The notes under the pieces are model-generated. The model saw nothing but the letters and a program-made list of their open reading frames with translations, was not told the origin of the DNA and ran no database searches. The position numbers were made by a program, and so were the translations under genes. DNA of 63,911 nucleotides, the filler included, from Kipferlia bialata (taxonomy: Eukaryota): assembly GCA_003568945.1 (NCBI GenBank). It is 5 parts of 3 records of this genome, joined end to end, with 100 filler letters (N's around TTAATTAATTAA, not from the genome) between each part and the next. Parts side by side here need not be neighbours in the genome. Positions count along the whole stretch, not along the records: positions 1 to 16,876 come from BDIP01000101.1; positions 16,977 to 30,394 come from BDIP01000101.1; 3 more parts are not named here. One strand, given 5' to 3'. Positions 14,215-30,494 of the stretch are shown piece after piece. How positions within the stretch are numbered: the stretch's first letter is position 1; every line of letters starts with the position of its first letter.

Positions 14215-16633
14215 ATCAGTATAGGTATGACTCTCATGCCAGAATGCCTTCATGCGCTTTGCCAAGAGGAGGGGGTACATCCAGGAGGAGACTGAGGTAT
14301 GTATATGGTATTCATAAGGAGAGTATATATATGTGTGTGTGTTATATATGGACACACATACGTGTGTGCATGTAGATATATATGTATTTATGTAGGAGAG
14401 GATAGATCCAGGAGGAGACTGAGGTGTGTACTTCTACAAATTTATGTATAGTGATATGGGTGTAAATACCGTTATGTTATATACTGATAGGAGGCTCAGT
14501 ACTTGTACTCTTCAATATTCTTACACCCAGGAGCCAGAGACAGAAGTTGAGAACGGAGGGGAGACCAAGGAGGGAGAGGGAGAGGGTAAGGAGGTGGATA
14601 CTGTCGCAGAGAGTGCTGATACAGCCGTAGAGACACAGGGAGAGACAGAGACAGAGACAGAGAGAGAGACTAAGGAGGAGAAGGTTGATGCAGCCTCCAG
14701 TGATGCATCTGCACCTGCCTCCAAGCCCACCATCTTCGATGCCGCACGTGCAGCCGATGATAGTGCAGCTGCTACTGCCGTTACTTCCAAGGCCGGGGCT
14801 CCCTCCATCTTTGACGCTGCACGTGCCGCTGACTCAGCTAGTGCTGCTAGTGCTAGCGGTGCTAGTAAGGCCCCTGCTAGCACTACATCTACCCCCTCTA
14901 TCTTTGCTGCTGCACGTGCCGCAGATGCTACTGCAGCTACTACTCAGGCAGAGGCCCCAGCTAGTGCTGCGTCTACACCCTCAATATTCAGTCAGGCCAG
15001 GGCCGCAGATGCTGCTGGTTCTACCGCTAGTAAGGCAGACGCTCCCGCTAGTACCCCCTCCATCTTCAGTCAAGCTCAGTCAAGCTCAGTTAAGCTCAGT
15101 CAAGCTAGGGCCGCAGATACTAATGCCGCTGCCGCTGCTACTACTGTTGCCAATACTGGTGTAGCACCATCTACGGCCTCCCTCCCTACGACTACCCCCA
15201 CCCCCCCACCCCACCCCACCTTCTCCGTCCCCTCTCCCTTTGTGTACTATAGAGGGGTCAGGGAGAGAGAGAGAGAGAGACAGGCAGCAAAGAGAGAGGC
15301 AGGGGGAGAGAGTGCTACTGCTACCCGGGAGGAGCCCAAGTACATACCCTTCTCTTACGACACTCTGCTGGCCAACCTCATCAGGTATTATAGTATATAT
15401 ACAGTTTATATACAAATATCCTTCTCGCTCCATGACTGATATACCCGCAGAGACAGTATTTCTCTCTCTATGTATATATTTATGTATGTGTGTATGTACA
15501 CATGTATGTATCATACTGTAGTGACTGCTATGGCCCTGTGGACAAGGATCCCACGTCATAACATGTATAGTGGTATTCCATTGTCCATTGTATATTCATA
15601 TATATTCATAAATATATATTACTCTAACTGTAGTGACTGCTATGGCCCCAGGGACAAGGATCCCAATGCTGTGTCTGTGGCATCACTAGATAGAGTGAGC
15701 CTGGAGGACCTGGCAGGTATGTGTATGTATTGTATCTATATTCATTTACGCACATGTATATATGTATATATATGTGTCTATAATCACTGGACAGAGTGAG
15801 CCTGTAGGATGTGGCAGGTACTTAAACATATAGATATAAGTACATACCATTATATGCCATATATTTCTATACTTATTTCTATATGTATGGACGGCAGCTT
15901 GAGTCCTCAAAACCGTACGCCTATGGTTCTCTATTCTCTCTCTCTCCCTCTATCCCACACCCACTCTCTCCCTTTACCCCACCTATACTTACCTCCTGGC
16001 CCCCTCTCCTCTGTGTCTGTGTACTCACAGATTCTCTCTCTCTCTCTCTCTTTCTCTCTCTCCCTGTTATACTAACTTGTAGGCCCCCTATCTCATGTGT
16101 CTGTGTACTCACAGATTCTCTCTCTCTCTCTCTCTCCCTCCCTCCCTACCTTACTCCTAGGCCCCCTCTCCCATGTATCTGTGTCACTTGGCCTAACAGA
16201 GGAGAGACTTAACGAGAGGGCTAGAGACAGGTATATAATAATACACTAACATACATATATACTCAAGTTTGGAAAGTGTATTTGTATATATATACATATA
16301 TGTGGAGGGATGGGGATTAAACGAGAGGGCAAGGGATAGGTATGTCTATTACGTATCTATGCTTCTGGTTGTTGGGGGCTTGCAATCAGCAATGTGGTCC
16401 AGAGAGAAGTAAGGCTGAGTGCTCTCTCTCAGACTCACCCTCAGTATTCTCTCCCGTCCTGGCAGGGTCAACAAGAGTCAAGTCAAGGGGTCTCCAGCAG
16501 TCAACAAGGGCCTCCCTGAGTCACCTGGGGTCAAGGCCACTGCTCCCGGGTCCGAGGGGGAGAGAGAGAGAGAGAAGAAGCGGGAGAGAGACTCCTACTG
16601 TGTCTCTGGGATGGGGGCACTCCCTCTCTACAG
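2725..16633 (+). CDS. Large hypothetical protein, ~35 exons, incomplete at both ends
   Basis: Consecutive GT-AG exons join in frame, e.g. GQIQRQTLADLSLTNSL / ERESAQLGEVESSIQQDIGQIR / AVIEQTEKGGVVPEGNE / DLLTNLGPKLDALVAMRK / ARCPWMFAQWWKER / EESFCLYWLNAPREAAIQMVKE / IIDSAALTKGPAGSY / PPAIKQRVAGVVKEGEGEGEEPQKQVKAELVDDVK / NAFMRFAKRRGYIQEETE. No family recognised; it runs off the contig end. Confidence 0.75.
4208..4811 (+). repeat. Intronic echo copies of exon 4573-4624 (three acceptor echoes, one donor echo)
   Basis: ctcaccccag|ggctgtgattgag at 4208, 4349, 4451 and 4563 (functional); gaagggaggggtggtgccagaggggaaYgag|gtgag ending at 4624 (functional) and 4809. Confidence 0.9.
9985..10425 (+). 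repeat. Donor echoes of the exon ending ...PETEVMITDTAE
   Basis: actgaRStcatgatcacagacacRgcNgaR|gt at ~9990 (functional), ~10120, ~10247 and ~10394, separated by TA-rich spacers. Confidence 0.9.
12963..13947 (+). repeat. Echo array around exon 13274-13379 (three upstream, four downstream copies)
   Basis: aagcagcgtgtgg at ~12964, ~13073, ~13176 and in the exon; gtcaaggcRgaRctSgtggatgaYgtMaag|gta ending at 13379 (functional), 13525, 13656 and 13784, plus an interrupted copy ending ~13945. Confidence 0.9.
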
Positions 16634-16667
16634 GTATATATATCTATACTTGTATCTATATATCTTG

Positions 16668-16707
<40 letters not shown>

Positions 16708-16829
16708 GTATAAATATACATATATTTATATATATATGGGATGCGGGCACTCCCTCTGTACATGTATCCGTCTCATACATAATTGGTGCAGTACTTGACG
16801 CATATCCCAGCTCTCTCTCTCTCTCTTTC

Positions 16830-16866
<37 letters not shown>

Positions 16867-16876
16867 ACAAACTACC

Positions 16877-16976
16877 NNNNNNNNNNNNNNNNNNNNNNNN
16901 NNNNNNNNNNNNNNNNNNNNTTAATTAATTAANNNNNNNNNNNNNNNNNNNNNNNNNNNNNNNNNNNNNNNNNNNN
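16877..16976. other. Artificial contig linker (N44-TTAATTAATTAA-N44)
   Basis: The same six-frame-stop linker flanked by Ns occurs four times in the window. Confidence 0.95.
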
Positions 16977-17230
16977 GGTATGTGTTGTTGTTGGCATGGA
17001 TACATGCCCCTCCCCCCCCCATCCCCCTTCTGCCATCCTCTCTACAATGTTATCATGTCTGTCAGACGTTTGCATTTGATTTCGTATTTGGCACTTTTAT
17101 ACATACACCTCATCCCTTCACTCCAGATAACACAACCTGCTCCACCCTGGTATTGATATATTTACATTCATACTCTTTCTCTAAAGTCATATATATTACA
17201 ATTGTTGGTACTCTCCCCCCCTCACCCCAG

Positions 17231-18870
17231 ATGACAACACCTCCCTGGTCTGCGCTGCCACTGGTACCTACGACGGGTGTGGGTGTGCCGTGCCCGTGTC
17301 CTCTGGGGACGGGTGGGCCCTAGGGGATGTGGACCAGGATGTGGTGGGACACACACAGACATGCAGGGTCATGGTACGGGCGGCTTGTAGGTGGATACAT
17401 TGTACCTTCGGCGAGGGGCTTATCTATCAGTGTCAACATATCAGTTTTAGAGGGTTATTGGTGTCTATTTCCCCTCTAATACCCCTCTCTCTCCCTGTCT
17501 TCGTCTTACGACCACTCTCTCTCTCCCACCCATCGCTCATACAATGTAACGAATGTGTATAGAACCTCCCACTTAGCCTCTATTCTTTCTCAACCCCTAT
17601 ATCTATTATATATATCTATTCTTTCTCAGTCCCACCCACCCAGCCTCTATTCTTTCTCAACCCCACTCACCCAGTCTATGCTGCGCTTCAGAGAGCAGTG
17701 CTTCCCCATTCTGCCAGTTGAGGACTTAGGTATCGGCTCTCTCTTTACATGGTCTCACATTTCGATAATTACACAGTATAGATACATATCATATACATGT
17801 TGTCTGTATTCAACACTGACTCCGTAGGTGGTCTTGAGCGCTTCCTCCTTGATTCCGTCAAGCCCCTGTGCTTCATCTCCCCCACTGAGCTGATGGGTGT
17901 GCAGGAGGCATGCCCCCCCGCCTTCTGTCTCATCACACTGCCTGAGGGTGGGGTGGTGGATGGCACCCCCAGCCTAGGGGCGCCGTGCACAGTGGAGGTG
18001 GTACAGGCACCCGACCAGGAGACAGAGGAGTGGTCGGTGCAGGTTTGTGTATTTATATGGATATGTGCATATATAGACATAGACTACGATGCGGCATAGA
18101 GTCAGTGAGTCATTGGCAGAATCCTGACATACATTCATTCTCCCTGACCCCAACAGGTGGTGGGCTCTGACGTGTATGCAGTGCCAGACAACTGCCACAC
18201 CGGCAACGGCATCTACCTCTTCAACAGACAGACCAAGGGCTGGACACGCATCCCAGGCTTCAGCCACGAGGGCCGCATCCGCTACAGCGACATCTTCGCC
18301 CTAGAGGGATGCCTCTATGTTGTGGTGGATGCCTCCAACCTCGGGGCAGCCAAGCTGTGACGCTACTCCCCCGAGACCGCTACCTGGTCCGCCCTGCCCC
18401 TCTGCCCCATTGGGGAGGGGGAGGGGTACGAGCGCTTCTGGGTGGCTGGTGTCACATCCACTGCCATGTACGGTGTGTTCAATGACACCACAATGTACTC
18501 ATTCACCCCTGGCTCACAGGAGGAGTGGAGGTGTGAGGGCCCCCTCCCCCTGGAGTCCATGGGTGTTGTGCGCACCCTGCCCTGCGGCCCCTACCTGGTG
18601 CATGTACACAGCGACATGGCCACCCCCCTAGTCTATGACCCCGTGGCACAGGGGTGGGTGGGTGACACACACATGGCACAGGCCCTGCTGGGGGAGAGGG
18701 TGGGGGCGGCATACACACCAGCCATAGGCAGCACCATCGTCAATGAGTACGGAGAGACCACCGCCGAGGTCACCCCTGTCTGTGGGTCTGAGGCCAGGGA
18801 GTGTGTGCTGAGTGTCGTGATGGTCGACAGGGCCATAGCTCAGAACGGCGGGGTCAGTGGGCTTGAGTAG
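17231..18870 (+). pseudogene. Kelch-like beta-propeller gene with one in-frame TGA (pseudogene, sequencing error or readthrough)
   Basis: Exons give GGLERFLLDSVKPLCF.../VVGSDVYAV...GIYLFNRQTKGWTRI...ALEGCLYVV...AKL*RYSPETATWSAL...MYSFTPGSQEEWRCEG...VYDPVAQGW, with kelch-like Y-x-P-x3-W blades. ORFs 18157-18360 and 18442-18870 are in the same frame. The 5' boundary is uncertain. Confidence 0.55.
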
Positions 18871-19196
18871 AGTGTATTAATGTGTGTATATACATTTGTA
18901 TACATTCTATATACCTTGCTGTAGTAAATGTAGTTCGTATCAGTGAGATAGAAGTATCGGGAGGCGGTACCTAAGTGTTGTCTCTCGATATCATTATCAG
19001 CAGAACTGCAGTAGAATACTGCCAGCAGTACTTCTTCTATGGAATTATATCAACCGAAAGAGGGCAGGTCTGACACACACTGTTCTATTATAGATCCTAA
19101 TACAGTTATGAAATATAGACCTTGGCCTGACCGGGCCCCACAATGTCGCTTACACATCATATCAATCCCTTACGCCCACATGTCCTGTATCAACAT

Positions 19197-21088
19197 CTAC
19201 TCACTGGCGCTCCCCCTCATGCGCTCTGCATCCTCCCTGTCCAGCTCGGCAAGCAGGGCATCCTCATCACACCCGTCAAACAGGACACAGCCGGCAGACA
19301 TCAGCCTCATGAGCTTGCTGGCTTCCAGCATGTCTTCTTGCTCTCTTCGGCACTGCTCGTCCCCGAGCCGCTTGGCCTGGAGGGGTGGGAAGAAGAGAAG
19401 GGGAAATGTGCACTTTCCTTTCAGTGCTAGTCTCCTCTCAATACATTATATATAATGATAGCCCATACACACAATCATCCTATTTGTATTCAAGATGCTT
19501 CATACAATATATACATGCATAGTACCTCCTGCTTCTCTCTCTCCCTGGCTTCCTCGGCCACCTGACGTTCCCTCTCGGCCGCCTGACGTTCCATCTTGGC
19601 CTTCTTCTCACGTTCCCACTCGGCCTTCCTCTCTGCCTGCCTGGCCTGTCTCTGCCTCTTTGCCTCCTGCTTCCACTTCTGCACTGCGTCCAGAACCAAA
19701 GTGGGACTCTTTAGAGACTCCCAGACCAGCGATGAGCCCGCAGACACCCCGAGGTCTAGGTCTGGGTCAACATCGACCACCCCCATAGTGAAGCCTCTCC
19801 TGCCACCCCTCCTCTCCTGTATGTCTGTGATGAACACAGTCTCTCTGCCCCCGGGGAGGGTGGCGCATGCACATGACTCCCAGTTGGCCCCCAGCCCATC
19901 TCTCATGACACGGACTAGGGCACACTGCAGATCCGTGGAGGCAGTGTCCAGGGCCCAAAGCACCGTGCCGTAGCGAAAGACCAGTGTGCGCCCACACACC
20001 TAGAGAGTGAATGGGGTTAGAGACTAGTGTTTCACTCTATGATAGCAACGCTCTCATTAACCTGAGAGCTTATCTCTCAGATTATCCAGTATATAGCGAG
20101 TAACATAGCGTATAGTATACTGCGGCTCTGTGTATAGAGTACCCACCTGCAGCAGCCTTGAGTCTGGTAGGCCATGCACATCCTCATCCTTCCCCAGTAT
20201 CCTCTTCTTCCATCCGCGAGATAGGGAGAATGTGGCCAGCATATGCACCTGAACTGACTTGAGCAGGGGCAACATATACTTCACCCCCATATACACGGTG
20301 TCATCCACCACCGCTGTCCACTTCGGGGCACCCAGCCAAGGGGGGGCGTCGTCTAGACGGGTGTACTCACCAGAGGCAGGGTCGAGGGTCCACACCTCGT
20401 AGTAGGCAGGGAGGGGTCTGGTCCCATGGCGTTGAGGAGGATGAGGATGGCGGGGTCTGCGGTGGCCTCTGGACCGTCCAGAGGCTCTGGACGTGGTTGT
20501 CTCTGCCTCCTTGCGTCTCGGGCCCTCTGCCAATAGGACCAGGGTGTCCCCCAGTCCAAACATGCTGCAGATGCGGCTAGAGGGCTTGGCCCCTCTCTCC
20601 ACTGTCTCTCCCTGAGGGAGTCCCTCTGCTCCCCCACTCACTGGACAGAGTTGCTCTGTCTCCCACTGCCCGGTTGTCGTGTCTAAGGTGTGCAGATGGG
20701 TCTCAAGGCGAGGATTGAGGCAAGGTGATACCACAAAGCCATCGTCACTCTCAGTGTACACAAAGACACGGTCCCCAACCTTGGCCAAAAGGCGAGTGCC
20801 TGCGGAGCGCCAAGGCATGTCCATGAGTTCGTCGTAACTGAAGAAGTGTCGGTCATACTCCACTAGGGAATGCCGGTCATCCCCCATCTCGAAGTGAGTG
20901 CTGTCACTGGTGTCCCGGGTCAGTACTTCGGCGACTATCTTGTTGCTCTTCAACCCCATGTCTTCGTCTCCATACTCCCTCAGGCACAGGAGAGTGTTGG
21001 GATCCAAACCCACAGCAGCCCTGTAGGTACTGGGATGACGGTAGGTCTCCGCAAACACCTCTCGGACATGCACCATGCCATTGTCCAT
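19197..21088 (-). CDS. Divergent kelch-like propeller protein with C-terminal coiled coil (3 exons)
   Basis: 343-aa ORF with blades (KVGDRVFVY, HTLDTTTGQW, VWTLDPASGEY, AVVDDTVYM). It splices RLLQ|VCGRTL and EKQE|AKRLGD, and ends at TAG 19197-19199. Confidence 0.7.
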
Positions 21089-21297
21089 TACTCAACACAC
21101 TTGCGGCGAGTAATTATGTCTGAGTTCCCTGAAGAGAGACTGAAGAGGGACCATAAGGACGAAGCCTATCTCAAAGCGTGTAGGAGGTTTTTGTCTCCTC
21201 TTCCAACAAAAGGGGGTCGCGATACCGTATGTGCACGTCTGAGACGGTCTGTCTATCAGTCTTCACTGAGTCAGGTGCCCAGGCTGCATATCGGCAG

Positions 21298-22540
21298 ATG
21301 AAGGCGGATACTGACCGCATTCAGCTGCGGAATGTACCGGTGGCCACTCATTACACCAATGTTGTGAGCCTTGATGGTAGCACCCTTCTGTGTCTGAGGA
21401 ATACCTCAACTGGAAAGGGGCCACAGATGGAGACAGTGGTACACTCGGGGGTTCTAGGCAGAGAGAGAGACGGTGGCGGGTTTAGCCATTCACCAGAGCT
21501 GGACCGAGAGAGAGAGAGAGAGGTGTGTCGGTGTGGCCCCAATGCCCTGTCTCTGTCCTGGCAGACCCCTGTGAGACATGCAGTGAGGGTGGGGGGGTAT
21601 GTGTATGTGTGCACAGATGAGGAAGCAGCACCCCACACCCACATGCACAGGCTGGACATGGGTACATGGCAATGGACGTCAGAGCCGCTGTACTCCGTTG
21701 GTGACAGGGGGGTTAAGAGGTGTGACAGGCCCTCGGGGAGAGTGGTAGCCATGGTGTCAATGGATGATACACTCATACTGCTGTCAGACGGAGATGAGAA
21801 GGCTAGGTACACAAGACAGGGCTACCCCATACCGGGGTATACATCCACTACCACACCCACCCGGGAGATGTGGACTGTTAACCCTGACTCTGGTGAATAC
21901 ATTAGATGCACCCCTGACCCCCCCTCCTGGACAGATGCCCCTAGGTGGAGGGGGGTTGTTGGAGATACACTCTATCTGGCTATGAGGGTTGGGTCGGACA
22001 GGGCACTGTGGAAATACACCCACACTGGTGGGTGGGACAGGGTGTGCGCCCTGGAGGTCTACCAGGAGAGGTCTAGACTGATACAGGTATGGGATTGGGA
22101 TGTACCTTACTTGTCACATATGAAGGTGTCAACCCCCCCCCCCCCCCTTCTCTCCCTAGGTCTGTGGCTCTGTCCTTCTCCTCCAGAGGGACCGTGTCCT
22201 GTGGGCCCTGGACACTGTATCCATGCTGGGTGCGCTGGTGTGTATACTGACACATAACCCAGCGGAGATGTGGACAACTGCCGCATACACAGCACTCGGG
22301 GAGACGGAGAGTGTGCTTGCTAATGACGAGAGACGAGAAGATGGTAGAGCTTGTGCCCCCAGTGTGTGTGTGTTAGATGTGGACCCATCCCTCTGCAACG
22401 GCTCCTCCTCGTCTCTCCCTGGTTCCCCCACTCTACACTGGGAGAGTCTCACAGATGCCAGAGGGATACCCTCTGCCGTTGTGCAGTGTCAGATGGAGGA
22501 CAGGAGACAGATGGACGCAGACAGATGGAGGGGTCGCTGA
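21298..22540 (+). CDS. Divergent kelch-like propeller protein (2 exons), paralog of the upstream minus-strand gene
   Basis: RVGGYVYV, HRLDMGTWQW, MWTVNPDSGEY, GVVGDTLYL; intron at ~22088-22159 joins RLIQ|VCGSVL; shares TLLCLR, VLWALDT, DVDP and WESL with its neighbour. Confidence 0.7.
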
Positions 22541-22636
22541 TGTGCGGAGATGGAGTGCAGATACAGTGTGACTTAGATAGCAATAGAAGCTGTGATACTC
22601 CATTTCAAATCTGTCTATTCGCTCTCCCAATCCCGT

Positions 22637-23084
22637 CTACCCGAGGATGCCTGCCAGCACCAGGTTGCATATCTCCTCTGTGCCTGCCTTGACCATGACC
22701 TCCAGCCTGACCCCCTTGCCCTGGGTGTCTGTGACTGCCTTGCCTCTTAGTAGCACAGGGCAGCGGTGCAGGAAGGAGCCTCCCAGGGCTAGCAGCACCG
22801 ACCCATCCTTGGCCTCCTTGCCTAGGGGATTAGAGGGGGATGATAATAGAAAAGAGGTATATACACTATATATACATATATACCATACTGTAGACACAAA
22901 CACCCCACTATACCTGTGGGTGGGACAGGGCACATGTGGAGGTGGTCCGGCAGCTCCTGCACCAGCTGCTGGGCACTCGACATCTCACTCAGGCTAAACA
23001 CATCTCTGACAGAGGCCTCGAGCTGCTGCCACTGGGCCCCATAGGCCTGGGGGTCAGGGTGATTGATACACAGATATATATACA

Positions 23085-23119
<35 letters not shown>

Positions 23120-23569
23120 TGATATACCAATAACCGATACCTGGGGGTCGAGTGCCTGGGGTGCAATGTAGTCCTGTGCGCAGAATGTGACTGGGTCGAC
23201 TGGGTATGTCTCCCCCATGCCCTCCATATCAAAGTAGAGGGTGGCATCCAGGGTGGCTATGAACAGAGCATCGTCTGGCTTGTTGATCAGCACCAGCAGG
23301 GACCCCGTCTCCCCATCTGCCAGTGTATCCAGAGTGGCCTCGCTCAGCACAGGCACAGGGGACCCATCAGTAGACAGGTGCAGACTGACGCCAGACACAT
23401 CGTCACCCAGGTTGTTGGTGACAGCCACCTCCAGCAGCACAGACCGGCTGTACACATGCCTCCTGACAGCCACATGCAGCTCTGAGTCAGGCTCTGTGCA
23501 GTGCTGCACAGACACACAGGAGAAGAGGGGGGAGCCCAGGTCAGAGAAGCCATCAGCCTGGGACAGGAC
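22637..23569 (-). CDS. COPG: Coatomer gamma subunit, C-terminal appendage only (5' part missing)
   Basis: FSDLGSPLFS...TEPDSELHVAVRRHVY...LEVAVTNNL...YPVDPVTFCAQDYIAP; VFSLSEMSSAQQLV...LHMCP; LLALGGSF...VLLR...VRLEVMVKA, which follow the gamma-COP platform/appendage pattern. Confidence 0.8.
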
Positions 23570-23786
23570 CTGGGGAGTGAGGGGGGGGGGGCGGGTCAGA
23601 GTGAGGGAGATACACAAGTGAATGATGCAACACAGTCATACACTAGAGAGAGATACAATGTCAGCCCCCACCTGCATGAGCACCGATGGGGGGGGGGGGG
23701 GCAGTGTCGGAGTGATACATATCAATATAATAAAATGCTGCTCTCCCCCCCCCCCCCCCCACCTCCTATCTCCCTTCTTACCCCAG

Positions 23787-29878
<6,092 letters not shown>

Positions 29879-30394
29879 ATGATATATATGCTACCCTGAA
29901 GAGTTACTAGTTTCAGTGGAAACGCATGTTATATATTTTGATTATGAATAGATATTCCAGAGTGTTACTCAACCATTTATCATTGGCCGAGCAGAAGTGT
30001 GTAGACAAGTCAGAGTGTTTGGAGGCATGAACTTGAATAATAACGATCTCTCAGTGACATCATGAAAACAACGCCACAAGTCCGGATCCAAACCATCGTG
30101 ATATACATATATTAGAGCAGTACACTCTCGATCCACATTCGAGTGTCATAATTGGGAATACCATAGATCAACTGTGAAGCCTACACGGTAGGAAGAGAGT
30201 TTTTGGCGAAGTCAACCCTTTTTGAATCTTCACTTTGAAGTGTGTGGACCTGTCTCTTCTGTCCAAGACTAATATGGATGTCACGATCGAGTCAGATGCC
30301 TGGGACCCAGTGTGGGATGTCCGCCAACCCAGCGCTGCGGAGGTGGAGACCTACTACCTCTTCAAGATAGCTCAAGGGTGTGTAGTAGTGAGTA

Positions 30395-30494
30395 NNNNNN
30401 NNNNNNNNNNNNNNNNNNNNNNNNNNNNNNNNNNNNNNTTAATTAATTAANNNNNNNNNNNNNNNNNNNNNNNNNNNNNNNNNNNNNNNNNNNN
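30395..30494. other. Artificial contig linker
   Basis: N44-TTAATTAATTAA-N44. Confidence 0.95.

Noticed and set aside
16921..16932. TTAATTAATTAA palindrome occurring four times
   Set aside because: Always centred in 88 Ns: an artificial concatenation linker. Adjacency across it has no meaning.
18358..18360. Alternative genetic code (UGA=Trp, or UAR=Gln as in hexamitids)
   Set aside because: TAA ends RPS9 and RPL29, TAG ends ABCC and gamma-COP, and TGA ends Utp14 and the Arf-like gene, all at plausible C-termini.
30274..30394. Short open frame MDVTIESDAWDPVW... at the contig end
   Set aside because: Too short and truncated to support a call.
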